Shown: positions 1-13,403, counted from the first letter of the stretch. The stretch is 64,000 nucleotides of DNA from Raja brachyura (GCA_963514005.1 OY740783.1:27652001-27716000), one strand, 5' to 3'. Program-made: numbers and translations. Notes: generated by a model not told the origin, from the sequence alone.

Positions 1-1086
1 TGCAAGTTTGCAGCAATTATACACCAGAACAATAATAAATATGAATGAATTATCAGATATTCGGATAGTGCAAAAAACAATGATAGTGCAAAAACCGAAG
101 TACTTAGAATAACTGTAGTAGTGCAAAGTCCATTATGGTCTGGTAGGATTGGGTTGGTTGAGGTAGAGTTGTGGTTAATGCTGTGCACGGTTGTACAAAA
201 ACCTGATGGTTGAAGGGAAATAGCTGTTCTCTTGCCGCTCCTGGGAAAATCTCCATTCCAGGGCAAACAGACCCAATATTTTCCAGACTCTCCTCATAAT
301 TGACATGTTCTATCACCAAATAACAGCCTAATAAATCTCCTTTGTATATTCTTCAACAGGAAGTTGAGAATGTTTGAACATTCCTATTCCAAGTTGCTGT
401 GGGTGATCAATCGATGAGTATATTCAAGGCTGAGCTCAATAGATTTTGCCCACTAAAAAGATCATGGGACATTGAGATCTGGTGGCAAATTAGAGTCAGC
501 CATGATCATGTGTCTGGCTTGATCATGATTTGTGATCATGATTTCCATGGTGGAGTAAGTTCAAGGAATTATATGGCCTACTCCTGCTGTGTTTCTTATA
601 CGTTCATTGTTTAAAAAAAATATTTAAAGAAGGAATTGTTTCAACTGTTTGGAAAATGAGCTGTGAAGGATGTGGCAAATTATGACATGAGTGAGTGAGT
701 TGTGTGTCTTTTTCTACAAAGGAAGTGGTTAGGGAGATAGTGACTGCATTTGTTGTCATCTTCCAAAATTCTAAAATTGTTCCTACACTGTGCAAGGTTG
801 TAAATGTAACAATTCCTATTTAATAAAGAAAGTGAGATAGAACACAGAAAATGTAGACTAATGATCCTGACTTTAATGGACCTGACTAACGCGCCTGCTC
901 TGGACATTGCTGGAATCTATGTTAAGGAAGTGGTAACAAGGCATTAAGAAAGTTATCCTTGATATTCTCCACCTATTAAAACTTTGACAAATCATTTACT
1001 GAACATTTTCTAACTACGATCAATTGATTTTTGATATTAAGCTAATCAAGGGATACAGGGTTAGTAGAGGAAAGTAGTGAAGTAAT

Positions 1087-1305
1087 AGAAGATAGACACA
1101 AAAAGCTGGAGTAATTTAACGAGTCAGACAGCATCTCAGGAGAAAAGGAATAGGTAACATTTTGGGTCGATACCCTTCTTCAGACCTCTCGACATGAAAC
1201 GTCACCTATTATTTTTTCCAGGAATGTTGCCCGACCCTCTGTGTTACTCCATCTTTTTGTGTCTATCTTCGATTTAAACCAGCATCTGCACTTATTTCCT
1301 ACACA
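1087..1305. mobile_element. Penelope-derived inverted (hairpin) short repeat
   Basis: gaagatagacacaaaaagctggagtaa... and its reverse complement ...ttactccatctttttgtgtctatcttc flank a centre with a degenerate CTGAAGAAGGG..GACCC..AAA motif on the - strand; the same sequence ends the GIY-YIG-bearing copy at 27070-27617. Confidence 0.75.
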
Positions 1306-3639
1306 TAACGAGGTAATAGATCAGTTTTGTTACAACAGCCAAATGGCTTACCCTGCTTCTACTTTTTGTGGAAGCTCTCATATTAAATCTTTTATTTTTC
1401 TTCTTCCTATTTTCTCTTTAATCTCCAATGCTGAAAGAAATAGCTTGATTGTTTTGTAGGTAATGAGAATCCTCAGAGGTTCAAAGTGGAGTCTTGAGGA
1501 CTTGTGAATGCTTAAAAACCATTGCCGCAGATACCACAATTATTGTCTGAGCACTGATCACTGCTTGAAAATGTAATGTGAACTGACCAGGATATTCAAT
1601 AGGGTGCAATAGGGTGCAATAATACCTCAGCACCACAACTAACTGCATTCATTTAATTGACGATCATTGAACCTGAATTCCACAGCAGGAAAATCCTCCA
1701 CCATCGCTATTAATAGGATTCAACCACTTACAAGCAGCTTGCTGACTAAAGGAGAGCTCCTAATATTCCTGCCAATCAAAAATTATTTTAAACTTATTCT
1801 TTTCACATTGTTTCTCCTGTAATTACCATTAATGGCTGGGCAGGGCATATTTCGTATGCGTTCTGCCCATTTATTTGTCACTGTTGCTCGGGTTCTATTT
1901 ATGTTCCTCTGCAATTCTTCCCAATTTACCGCAATGTGATTTTAAGCAATGAACAGGAATGTTTGACTGACTTTAGACATGCAACATTCTCTGTTCTCTT
2001 GGGGAAGTTGATCGCCCTGCTATTTATACACAAAACAACATGGCATTATAGCAGGAGTTGATATCATTTTTTGCCACAGTATGACTACATTAAATCATTG
2101 AGCGCAATTATATCCATGAAATGACATGTTCATGTAAAACAGGGAAGTTTAGCTTTGTAAGTGCTTTAATGTACAAAGTCTGCTCATCACTAGACCATGC
2201 AATATACTTGGTGTTGCACAGCCATAAACAAGTACAAACAACCAACTTGAAAGACAATGACAGTATAACAGAATAATGTATGCAAGTAGCTGATGCACTT
2301 TTAAAACAAATACAATGTTATTCTTACATTATTTTCTCAGCTGGAATTGGAACACTGATATAATTTCCATGAGAATCTGTCCAGTATCTGTGTTTACTAA
2401 AAATATGCAGAATAACAAAGATTGCAAACCTTGCAAGATTTTTTTTAGAAGTAAATAATATTTATTAATATGGTAAATTACCACTAAAAGATTCTTGGCC
2501 AAATTTATATTCTTGCATCATGCTCCCTTTTTCAGCACCAAACTAGTGACAATCAATGTTTTTCGAGTAAAAATTGATGGCATTGTTTATTTTGCCACCA
2601 CTATGCCACTCCAATAATAAACTGGGAACTTTCATTCATAAAGTGCGCTAGTTTAAATATCTTGATTGTTGTGTATGAGAGATGCAGAGTGAAATCACTC
2701 CTCGCCAAAGTTTCATTTAAAGCTTTGAAGAAAGAAATTGGAAGACATTACAAATGTGATTAGTTGATGGGCAGTCACAACAAAGTCATGCTTAATAGTG
2801 AGATATTTTGATAGTGCAACTAACTCATGCAAACTTCTGCAGTCCACTGCAGAATATTTTGGAGGCAGACAGTTCTCTATGAAACCTGCTCCTATTCACG
2901 GGAGAGACTAGATGAAATCCATGACCATTTCCACAGTTTAACTTGGGTACCAAGGGTGATGTGCACAAAGCTTATCTCACAGAGTATACATGTACCCACG
3001 GTCCTATCTTAGCATCTCTAATTAAATTTCCCTAAATCAGTGTTTACAGATATCTATGACCTTCTGCACCGTCACCTGAACTTCCTAACATTGAGATCTC
3101 CAACATATCTCAGAGTTTGCTGTTCACCATACTAGTAAGAAACTACGTACACTCACTACAATTTGACTCTTAGGGCTTCCCTTCAGCTCCTAGGGCTTGA
3201 AGTGAATCACAAGTTTAGGAATGAACACTTCCTGGTCAACAGCTTCCTAACCCTTAGACCACAATCAACGAGGGTAAGTCTATGAACTACGAACTGCCTT
3301 GATTGCTTGAGGTTGGACCTTGGGCTTTGTTATTATATTGGTTTTTTTTTAATTTATTGAACATTTTGTTGTTTATTATGGTATCTACTGTGTACTGTGT
3401 TTACCAACCTGCCGCGCTGCTGCGTAAGAATTTCATTGTTTTGTTTCGGGACATATGTCAATAATGCACATGTGACTTGTGAATTGACTTATTCAGCAAA
3501 ACGTCCTCCATGTTAATTCTCAACATTGATGTCATGCAAGGATGTTTACTCATCTCCTTAGTATACTCCCAATGAACCCACAAGCCAAAATTTGCTCTAA
3601 CTCCATTTAAAAGTTTACAGATTATACCATTATAGTGGG

Positions 3640-4595
3640 CTGGATCTCAAATGATAAACAGAGTACAGGAAGAATATGGTGAGCTGAGGAATATGGTGTC
3701 AAGATAACAACCCCTTCCTCGATGTCAGCAAGACGAATGAGCTAGTAATTGATTTCAGGAATTAAGTTGGTGCACATTAATGTTGCCAAAATGTCAGCAT
3801 TAATGTTGCCAAAAGTGAAGATGGTCAAGAGTTTAAATTTCCTATGAGTAAATATCACCTACAATCTGTTCTACACCAACCACATTGAAGCCTCAATGAA
3901 GAAAGCAGGTGGGAAGAATGTCCAGGAGCGGAAAAGACTGCAAAAAGTTATGAACACTGCCCAGTCCATCACTGGTTCTGACCTCCCCACTATCAAAGGC
4001 ATCTATTAAAGTCGCTGCCTCAAAAAGGCAGCCAACATCATCAAAGACCCACACCATCCTGGACATACACTCATTTCACAATTGCCATAAGGAAGAAGGT
4101 ACATGAGCCTGAAAACTGTAATAGAAACATAGAAACATAGAAAATAGGTGCAGGAGTAGGCCATTCGGCCCTTCGAGCCTGCACCGCCATTCAATGTGAT
4201 CATGGCTGATCATCCAACTCAGTATCCCGTACCTGCCTTCTCTCCATACCCCCTGATCCCTTTAGCCACAAGTGCCACATCTAACGCCCTCTTAAATATA
4301 GCACGCCCTCTTAAATATAGCATTAAATATAGTAATGTCCAGGTTCAGGAACAGCTTCTTCCCTACTGCCGTCAGGCAATTAAACACAACAACAAATAAT
4401 TTCTGAACTACAACAGGCTTTTATTATTATTGCACTATATTTATTTATTTATTGAGTATGCATGTATGTGTGTATATATACACTGGACTTTTTGTCTCCA
4501 TTATGTAATATGTTTACATATTCTGTTGTGCTGCAGCAAGTAAGAATTTCATTGTCCTATCTGGGACATATGATAATAAAACTCTCTTGACTCTT
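3640..4595 (+). mobile_element. Rex/Babar-like LINE 3' fragment interrupted by a CR1 tail
   Basis: Similar to the RT-bearing copy at 13915-15822 (WCQDNNL.LNVSKTKE-type coding remnants); ends aataaaactctcttgactcttg. Confidence 0.65.
4122..4318 (-). mobile_element. CR1 LINE 3' tail
   Basis: (CATAGAAA)n tail plus ggtgcaggagtaggccattcggcc...catggctgatcatccaactcagtatcc, matching the 3' end of the long CR1 at 62704-62912. Confidence 0.85.
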
Positions 4596-5194
4596 GCCTT
4601 TCCTTCTCAGAAGATTGAGGAAGTGTAGTATCCAATGACTCTTATTAAACTTTACAGAAGTACCATAGAAAACATCCTATCTAAATGCATCAAAAGCATG
4701 AAAGCACACACCACCAGATTGAAGAACAGCTTCTTCCCCACTGTTATCATTCTCCTGATCGGACCTTACATGATCTAAGTGTATTGTATTGATCACCCAA
4801 CCTACTATATTGCAGCCCTTGCAATATTTTTTAAGCTGCATTTTCCCCATAACTGTAACAATAAGATGCCGTAACACTATACTCTGCACTCTGGTAATAC
4901 CTGCTGTACTTGTGTATGCCTTGATTGCACTCATGTATAGTATGATTTGACTGGGTAACACACACAAAGTTTTTCATTGTATCTCGATACACATGATAAT
5001 AATAAAAGAATATCTATACTAATACCATAAAGACACAGTTCTTGTGGTTAGCACTATGCATCTGTGAACACACATGATACACATAGTCTTAAGGTGAGAT
5101 GGGCAATGTTTAAAGGATACATTTTATACAGAGGATGTGTGCTTGGAATGCACTTCTAGGGATGTTGGTTAAGGTCATAATGTTGTAAGGTGGT

Positions 5195-5391
5195 AAGGAA
5201 TAGGAATAGAATTAGGCCATTCGGCCCATCAAGTCCATTCCATATAATCATGGCTGATCTACCTCTCCCTCCTAACCCAATTCTCCCGCCTTCTCCCCAT
5301 AACCTCTGATACCCATACTAATCAAGATTGTATCTATCTCTACCTTAAAAATATCCACTGATGGCCTCCACAGCCTTCTGTGGCAAAGAAT
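5195..5391 (-). mobile_element. CR1 LINE 3' end, target of DIRS copy 1 (5' stub at 10720-10737)
   Basis: The - strand reads ATTctttgccacagaaggctgtggaggcc...ggccgaatggcctaattc; it continues across the DIRS as gatgaatctgtgga. Confidence 0.85.
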
Positions 5392-5864
5392 AGTAAGATT
5401 GAACGAGAACTTACCAGTTCGAAGGTTGATCTTTATTTCATGAGGAGTCGAAGTGAGGGATTTCGTGAAGAGCCCGCCGGCGCGCATGCTCGACATACTT
5501 CAAAGTAGCGGCGTGGAATCACAGAACCAACAATAGAAATGACTTCGCATAGTATGATTGAATTGACTAAGATTACCAGATGAAGGTGATTGAGGGTTGG
5601 GCGAGGAGGGCACGAAATCCCTCACTTCGACTCCTCATGAAATAAAGATCAACCTTCGAACTGGTAAGTTCTCGTTCAATCTTACTATTTCATTTCGGAG
5701 TCACGTGAGTGACTTCGTGAAGACTTCAAAGCTTCTGTGATTACATGCCCTGGACCACGTCCATGCTGACACACCACTACCAGGGATGGATGGGAGGAAC
5801 AAACTTGCTCAATAGTTCATACTGCAAAACAAGAGCAGAGTTATTAACAACAAAACAAAACCCC

Positions 5865-6942
5865 TCATGCGGGGACATCTCCACGTTCGTGACCTGCATT
5901 CAGCACGGCTTCTGCGAACCGTAGAGGAGCAGCAACAGGCTTGTTATAAAAACGCTGGAACACAGCTTCATTAGCCCATCCTGCTGTGGCGAGAATTTGG
6001 TCCATGGGCACCTCCATGACCCTCGCCCTTGACGTCGATGCAGCCCTGGTGGAAAGAGACTTGAACACATTAGTGTCGATACCTGACTTACCCAAGACGA
6101 CTGGAAGCCACATGGATATCGTCTGGACTGTCACTCGATGATGAGGTCTCTTGTGAGTGACAAGCAGGTATCTCTCCATTCCTCTGATGCGTGCCGTCAC
6201 TTTGACATAGTGGCGGATATGTGAGACTAAACATAGCCTAGCATCTGCGGGGTATGCCGGGAACTTCAGCTGCAGCCCTGTGCACCCAGGTGTATGCTGC
6301 TTTAGTAGCTCGTCAACGAAAAAGACTACTTCTGTAGGGTAGCTGTCATTTTGTCGACACGCAGTTTGTGTAGTGTCTGTACCCTCTGAGCTGAAGTCAG
6401 CGCTAGTAACATCACCAGCTTCATGGTGAGTTGGTCCAGTTGGAGCCCTTCCATGGGAGACCACGTCCTGAGCAGGGTTAATACGCCCCTGACATCCCAG
6501 GTGATATTATAGCGTGGTATAGGTGGATTCATATTGAATATACCCCGCATGAGTCTGGACACTAGCCTGTTGGATCCTACCTCCAACTGAGGTAGACCGA
6601 TAGCGCACTTCTGGCGCTGTTGATGGCACTGTAACTTAAGTGTTCATCATGGTGCAACCCCGCGAGGGATTCCAGGACGTCGGTTGTTGTCACGTCATCG
6701 TACGTGATGCGAGAGCGGCTGCAGTAGGCTTCCCACTTCTTAATATGCAAGCGGTATCTTTGCCTTGTAGACTCTCGACACGACGCCCTGGTGGTATCCA
6801 TGGTCCGAGCCGAGAGGCCGTATTGGACTAACGGCCTGTTCAGAACCTGCAAGCCAACAAATTTAAATAGCCATGGCAGGGATGCGGCTCCCCTGAGACA
6901 GGGTGAGTAACCAATTGTGGGCAACCCTTCAAAAGGACCCAA
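5865..6942 (-). pseudogene. DIRS tyrosine recombinase, frameshifted
   Basis: Split into ORFs 6577-6942, 6326-6586 and 5865-6464 by two single-base losses relative to copy 2; catalytic HSTR is changed to LSTR. Confidence 0.92.
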
Positions 6943-8849
6943 GGTTCGTTGAGCATGTCAAAGACCACCGGATACCAAGGCTGTGTGGGCCAGTCGGGTA
7001 TAATAAGGATGCCCTTGGCAGCATCTGCCTGAATCTTTCCCAATACCCGACTGATGAGGCAAAACGGAGGGAAGGCATAGAAAACCCAATTCCCCCAGTC
7101 CAGCGAGAATGCATCTAGCGCTATTGCCCCAGGATCTGGTTCCCATGAAACGTAGGCTGGTACCTGATGGTTTAACCGTGACGCAAAAAGGTCAATGTCC
7201 GGTTTACCAAATTTGGCTGTGACTTTAGAAAAAATCTCAGGATGCAACATCCATTCAATGTTGTCATTAAATTTGCGTGACCTGGTGTCCGCCACAGTAT
7301 TAAGCTCACCTGGCAAATAGGTAGCTGAAATCCAAATGTCTCTTTGAACACACCAGAGCCAAATTGAGTTAGCCAATTTGTCACACGAAACTGACCTGGT
7401 ACCACCCATATGGTTTAAATATGCCACAGCTGTGGTGTTGTCTATTTGGAGACGGACGTGTGCTCCAACAAGCTTGGAACAATATGCACGAAGTCCGTGG
7501 AATGCTGCCAGCAACTCCAAATAGTTAATCCCTTGAGTCAACAACATCGATGCCTCAAGGGTGTCCCATCTGCCCCCACAACTAGAGCAATTATCAGTAG
7601 CTCCCCAGCCATTGGAGCTTGCATCAGTCTGTAAATATACCACCGGATTAGCCTCCCTAACAGGCTTAAATGAGTTGCTAATGTGACACACCCACCATTG
7701 CAACTCAGTTATCGCTTCGGACGGCAGCTGCATTGATCGATCGTAATGACCAGCGTTCCGTTTTAACGCAATAATTTTAGCTCTTTGCAAATTCTGATAA
7801 TGCAAAGGCCCATATCGTGCTGCCGGAAACAAAGCCACTAGCTTGCCAATTACTGTGGCTGTATGCCGAATCGATGGTATATTGGTGCCAATTAAATCTC
7901 TGCACACCTGAGTGACTTCCTCAATTTTGTTAATTGGTATAGTTATTCTCATACTCATTGAGTTCACCGTGAACCCTAGGTAATTAATTACCTGGGCAGG
8001 GCAGAACTTCGATTTCTCTGGATGGACAATGAATCCTAATTGTTGAAATATATTGACAGCAGCTGCAACACCCTGTTCAGCCAAATGCAGGGTGTGGCCC
8101 ACAATAAAGACATCATCTAAATAGGCCATAACTATATGATGTCTTTGTCTCAAATAAGCCATGATTGGCTTCACCAATTTAGTGAACAATCTAGGGGCTG
8201 TAGTGAGCCCATTAGGCAAAGCCTTATACTGCCAAAGCTGCTCCATCCAGATAAATTTCAAAAACCTTCTATCATATTTCTGGATGGATACTGAATAATA
8301 TGCATCCCTTAAATCAATGCATGCCATAAAGCAGCCATGAGAAATCAATGATTTGGCTGTTTCAAACGTATCCATTTTAAAATGAGTATATGTTACAAAC
8401 GTATTCAAACGGGTTAGATCAATGATGACACGACAGCCTCCATCCTTCTTAGGTCTAGTAAATATGTTCGAAACAAATTCAATTGGCTCATGCACCGTTT
8501 TCTCAATCACACCCTTCTGTTCCAGACTTAAAATTTCCTTATAACCTGCTGCCTGTTCTGCAGCAGACAATTTGAACGTACGACCAGGCATGTGCTGGGA
8601 TGGAGGAATGTCGCCATTAATAAACTCAATTTTATGCCCCTGAATATTCCGCAACACATACTCATCACCAATAAAATTACCCCATGCATCCAAAAACAAC
8701 CGTAAACGACCACCAACATGGGAAGTGAAACAGAGAGAAAAGAGAGAACCAGACCCCCTCACCTCCGTGGTTACCGGCGGTCCTTGACACGTGTGGGAGC
8801 CCGTGGAGGTGCTAGGTTGGCTTGAGGGCGCGGCGTCTTCGATTTCCAA
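6840..8849 (-). CDS. DIRS pol: reverse transcriptase + RNase H + adenine-methyltransferase-like domain
   Basis: 669-aa open frame with IDLRDAYYSV, LPNGLTTAPRLF, YLDD (RT); TDASSNGWGA, INYLELLA, IDNTTAV, NTVAD (RNase H); DLFAS...DAF...YAFPPF (MT). About 14 aa differences from copy 2. Confidence 0.95.
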   Translation of the reverse strand: MEIEDAAPSSQPSTSTGSHTCQGPPVTTEVRGSGSLFSLCFTSHVGGRLRLFLDAWGNFIGDEYVLRNIQGHKIEFINGDIPPSQHMPGRTFKLSAAEQAAGYKEILSLEQKGVIEKTVHEPIEFVSNIFTRPKKDGGCRVIIDLTRLNTFVTYTHFKMDTFETAKSLISHGCFMACIDLRDAYYSVSIQKYDRRFLKFIWMEQLWQYKALPNGLTTAPRLFTKLVKPIMAYLRQRHHIVMAYLDDVFIVGHTLHLAEQGVAAAVNIFQQLGFIVHPEKSKFCPAQVINYLGFTVNSMSMRITIPINKIEEVTQVCRDLIGTNIPSIRHTATVIGKLVALFPAARYGPLHYQNLQRAKIIALKRNAGHYDRSMQLPSEAITELQWWVCHISNSFKPVREANPVVYLQTDASSNGWGATDNCSSCGGRWDTLEASMLLTQGINYLELLAAFHGLRAYCSKLVGAHVRLQIDNTTAVAYLNHMGGTRSVSCDKLANSIWLWCVQRDIWISATYLPGELNTVADTRSRKFNDNIEWMLHPEIFSKVTAKFGKPDIDLFASRLNHQVPAYVSWEPDPGAIALDAFSLDWGNWVFYAFPPFCLISRVLGKIQADAAKGILIIPDWPTQPWYPVVFDMLNEPWVLLKGCPQLVTHPVSGEPHPCHGYLNLLACRF

Positions 8850-10543
8850 AAAGGTCTCTGCCGACCCTGTCCTAAAAAAGACCCTTGGTGCTGGTTCTGG
8901 TGTTGTTGTCGTTGTGGAGCTAGAGGGTGAGTCCTCGTCGAGGCCCTGGCCGACCCTCGTGAGCGAATGTATGGAGCTTTTGAGCCGGACGGTGTGGGGG
9001 CACTCTTAGAGCGCATGATCCCCACCGTTTTGGCTTGTTCGTCAAGCTCTTAGACTCTCTTCGAGAGGTCCTCACCAAAGAGCTGACGGGGCGGCGGCGG
9101 CGGCGGTGGTTTGCACAATCCTGCAAACTTCGGGTTGAGTGCTGGGCGGATGCTGTTTTTGCGAAACCCGTTGATTTCGTGCTGGGTCGCGCACAATAAG
9201 GCCAGAGCATCTTCCTGGTCCAAATTCAGCTCGTCCTCGTCCACCGACCGCGCAAAGGCGGTAATACCGGCCGTGAGGAGTTTCAGGATCCGCTGCAATT
9301 GTAGCTCTTGTTGACGGATAGCCGCACTGATGTTGCCCCATATTGGCGTATTGACCACAGGCACGTTGAGGGAGTTGCAGTTTGATGGAGCCTTGTGACG
9401 GCTCATAGCCTGGATAAGGACTTCTTCCTGCAGCACCTGATTATTAAGAAGTCCACTGTGGCTGCCAGCTTTGAGTTGAGAGGAAGACCAGCCGTATGTG
9501 GGGCCGCGAATTTGGTCGCCACATCCAAAAGTTCCTCCGCTGGCACCTCCACCGGAGGTGGTACGGGATCCACCAGAACCTCCTCCTCGTGCTGCTCCAG
9601 GCTGATAGTAGATGTTGGTGAAGACGCCCTGTGCCTGTTGCTGCCCTGCTGTTGTTGACGCTTTAGTAGCTCGTCATTGAAGCAGGAGCTCCAGCAGCCG
9701 CTCCATACGGTCAATACGCCCTTCACCCTGAACACTCAGGTGGTCGGAGTCCTCCGGCTCTGAAAAGAAAACCGGGCTCCTGTCATCGGCCCGCACCTCG
9801 TCGAGGCCCTGCCGGTGCCGGTAGTTGTCGCTAACAGCCGCCGAGGCGAAACTGCGCGATTCCTGCGCGGGCGTGTTTAATCGCCTCCGTTTAGCGAGAG
9901 CTGAAGCCGCTGCCCCTAAGGGCACATGCGGCGAGGTGTCGGCACCAGCCGAAGCATGGCTGCCTGGGGCCCGCGCAGTCTTGCCGGCTGCCCACATCGT
10001 GGACGTTGCCGACGCATGGTGCCGCCCACCCATCCATGGGGGGCTTGGCGACCGCGACGAGACCCGACTCAACCGACCCGTCCCGGCGTCGAGAGTCGGG
10101 GTGTGCCGGCTGGACCTCACAGCCGCCCCGGGTCTCGCCCTGGAACCTGACCGCTCCTCCGCGACAGGCAATGCCTTAGCCCTAACAGGGTTAGGCTTCT
10201 GGGCTCCTCCCCTCCCCCTTCTCGGAGGGCTGAGTGGAACAGGCCGTGCAACGGCACGCGCCCTGCTCGAGGTCGCCAGCGAGCCCGCTGACAACCTGAC
10301 TGCCATGGCAGTGTCCCCCTGCTCTGGCGGCACACCACACTCCTCCTCGTCGAACTCCTCCGAGCTGTGGTGTGCTGGCGGATCTGGACCTGTGAACACA
10401 GGGCTTACCCACATCTCCGCCTGAGTCCCGGCCTGCGCTGCAGGTACTGCCGATGGTAAAGGCCCCGGAACTGTTGACCGGCGAACTCGTCCTGATGTCC
10501 TCCGGCCCTTCGAACTCCCATCCATGTCCTTGCTGCAAGACAT
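8771..10543 (-). pseudogene. DIRS gag/ORF1, frameshifted
   Basis: Colinear with the intact 585-aa ORF at 57562-59319; broken by a 16-bp insertion (9661-9676) and a 1-bp deletion (~9450). Confidence 0.92.
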
Positions 10544-12889
10544 AATCAGACAACAAGGACCACCAACTAAAGGTGGAATACTCACCTCCGTGGCCCCTTA
10601 TGAAGGGCTGGCGAGGAGCGCGCTCCACCGCCAGCCGTCGCAGCAACGCGTTACGATGATATGTCGAGCATGCGCGCCGGCGGGCTCTTCACGAAGTCAC
10701 TCACGTGACTCCGAAATGAAATTCCACAGATTCATCATTGTCATTTGTGTGCCATTTGTCAGAGTGTAAAATAATGGAGCCGTGGTCAAATTGAAGTCAA
10801 TGGGCACAAAGAGAAAAAAAACATCCAATGGTTCATACATCATATGAAGAAGGATTGTTTGGTGGTTGGTTAGCCCAGTTACAAAACATCACTTCAGGAG
10901 TTCCTTGGACATTGTCCTAAGCCCACTCATCTTCATCAACCCTTACATCATTGGATCTGAAGCAAGGATATTCATTTATGATTTCCCAGTGTTCATTTCA
11001 TTCATAGTCCTTCACAAAATGAAGTCACCCATACCTGCATGCAGCTAGACCCCAACAATATTCAGTCATGTTTTAAAAAATGCCAATAACAGCCGTGCAA
11101 CAAAGTTGACAGGCAACAAGAGAAAGCCTATCCACATACCATGATATTCAATTGGATTCCTTACTTTGCAAGGAAAATAATTTCGTTGTGCACATATGTG
11201 CCAATAAAAAGCACTATTGGCTGTTGACGAGTGCAGAGTCACCTGTTGACAATATTCTGGGTGTCACCATTGGCCAGAAACTCAACTACAGCTGGGTTAA
11301 CCTAAATATGAACATATCCGAGCAACAGGCCACTTGTCCCCTTGAACATGCTCTGCTATTCAACAAGATCATGCTGATCAGATTCTAACTCAACTGCATA
11401 TTCTTGCCTATTCCCTGTATCCTATCAACCCTTTATCAATCATGTGCCTAACTCACTATTAAAAATATTTAATGACTGTTTTATCTTACCTTTGAGAATG
11501 TGGCTTCCAAAAACACCTGATTATCCGAGACAGAGAAACAAAAATCACCTAAATATTTGTCGTAAAGTTGCCCCTTGTTCTAGCTTCTACCACAAGAGCA
11601 ACCATTCTCTCAACATCCACTCATCCCTTGTTGCCCCTCATATCTTATTACATCTCAATCAAATCTCTTCTGAACTCCAGTGGATACAATCCTCACTTGT
11701 TACCTTTAGGACAACCCAGCCATTTCCATTACCATAAGACAACCCAGCTGTACCAGCTAATTTTCTAATAAATCTTCTCTGAAAAGATTCCATTTACATG
11801 GATTTTTAATAAAGAAAATGAACACTGTATACTGCACTCCAGATTTGAACTCACCTGTTCCCTATGTAACAAGCATATTATCCCTACTTTTCTATTCAAC
11901 TTTCCCAGCAATAATATTGTCATTTGGTTACCTTAATTAATTGCTCATTGCAATTTCAAGGTAATATTTTACATTTCACACATCTTAGAGCTGTGAAATT
12001 TTTCACCACAAATAAATTGGTCCTTTATTTTCCTGCCAAAAAATTAAAAAAATCATCCACATTTTCCTAACTTGCACATCATTTGCTTGATCTTTGCCAT
12101 ACATTTAATGTACATATGTATCTGTTTATGGCCTCCTGTTTACCATCTTTGTAGCAACATATATAACTAGAATATGCTTGGTCGGTCCTCGATCTTCCCA
12201 ATCGTTCACATAAATTATTAAAGTTTGAGGCACTGGTTCCAAATCCTGTGACACACTCTTTGTTGCATCTTCCCAATCATAAAAAAAGACCCATTTATGA
12301 CTACTCTATGCTTCCTATTAGCCAGCCAATCCTCCATGTACTCCAGCACATTGCCTCCCACACCATGTGCTTTTATTGTTCACGATAACCCTTGAAAGGG
12401 CACAGTATTTAATGCTTTTTGGAAATCTCAGTATACTGCTTTCACAGTTTCCTCCTTAACCACCGCACATTAGTTCTACCAGAGAATGTTGGCATGAGAC
12501 AAAGCACATAGTAATTGAAGTCAGATGTACATCACCTAGTGAGGAGGAGTATGGTGTATTCATTGGCTTTTCTTTATCCACAGAGCATGTTATTCCTTCA
12601 AAAATATCCAATAGATTTGTCAAGCATGACTTCCTTTTGCCTGACTACCACAGATTTTTGCAAGGGCCCTGTGGTGAATGACTCAACCCTGGCACGAGAT
12701 AGTCCTTCCAACAGACGCATGGCATACGCAAGGCAAGTGGTAAAGTTATTCTCCTCTTTCCTGCATGAGTACAGCTCTAACCACATCAAGAAGTTCGACA
12801 CCATATGGGAGAAACTTGCTTGATTGGCAACCTATCCACCATCCTGACCATTCATTACCTCCACCACAGTTTCCAGGGATGAAAGAGAG

Positions 12890-13228
12890 AGGGAATGCAG
12901 GGGTTACTTGAAGTTATATAAATCAATATTCGCTCCATCCCTCCCCCACCCAAGTTCTCGTTCTCACCCAACAACCAGCTAGCAATGGCCTATTTCCTTT
13001 ATCATCATTACTTTTTTGCATATCTTTGATTCATTATTCTATATCTTTCCACATCTTCGTCTATATCTCTTGTCTTCCTTTCCTGTGACTTTCAGACTGA
13101 AGAAGGGTCTCGACCGGAAATGTCACCCATTCCTTCTCTCCAGGGATGCTGCCTGTCCCGCTGAGTAACTCCGGCTTTTTATTGTCTATCTTCAGTTTAA
13201 AACAGCATCTGCAGTTTCATCCTACACA
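12890..13228 (+). mobile_element. Penelope-derived repeat with hammerhead-like core
   Basis: cagaCTGAAGAagggtctcgaccgGAAAtgtcacc at ~13093-13127, followed by gatgctgcctgtcccgctgagtaactcc...cagcatctgcag. Confidence 0.7.
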
Positions 13229-13403
13229 TAATCCTTCATTGTCACCGGATCTAGATAATAATCCTCCTCCACAACAGCATGAAGGACTGCAACAGTTAAA
13301 AAGGTGTCTCACAACCATCTCAAGCACAATTAGGGATGGGTGATGCATACTAACCTTGCCAGTGATGTATAGTGAGAAATCCATAAGCTAAAGAAAAGCT
13401 TTA

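Larger units (their letters stand above)
5389..10722 (-). mobile_element. DIRS1-type tyrosine-recombinase retrotransposon, copy 1 (full length, gag and YR disrupted)
   Basis: gag, RT/RNaseH/MT and YR ORFs; 36-bp inverted terminal repeats; internal complementary region (ICR) at ~5611-5723; ATT at both junctions; near-identical to 57383-62703. Confidence 0.97.

Noticed and set aside
5195-10737. Segmental duplication or assembly artefact as the explanation for the two DIRS copies
   Set aside because: Similarity stops being near-identical at the element ends, the flanking CR1 tails belong to different subfamilies, and each copy has its own ICR-concordant variant.
12515-12823. Host-gene exon candidates among short ORFs (12515-12823, 19465-19659, 22658-23050, 33097-33321, 48545-48976)
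   Set aside because: No recognisable domains or consistent splice structure; the 12.6-kb region looks like decayed LINE. Small exons cannot be excluded without alignment.
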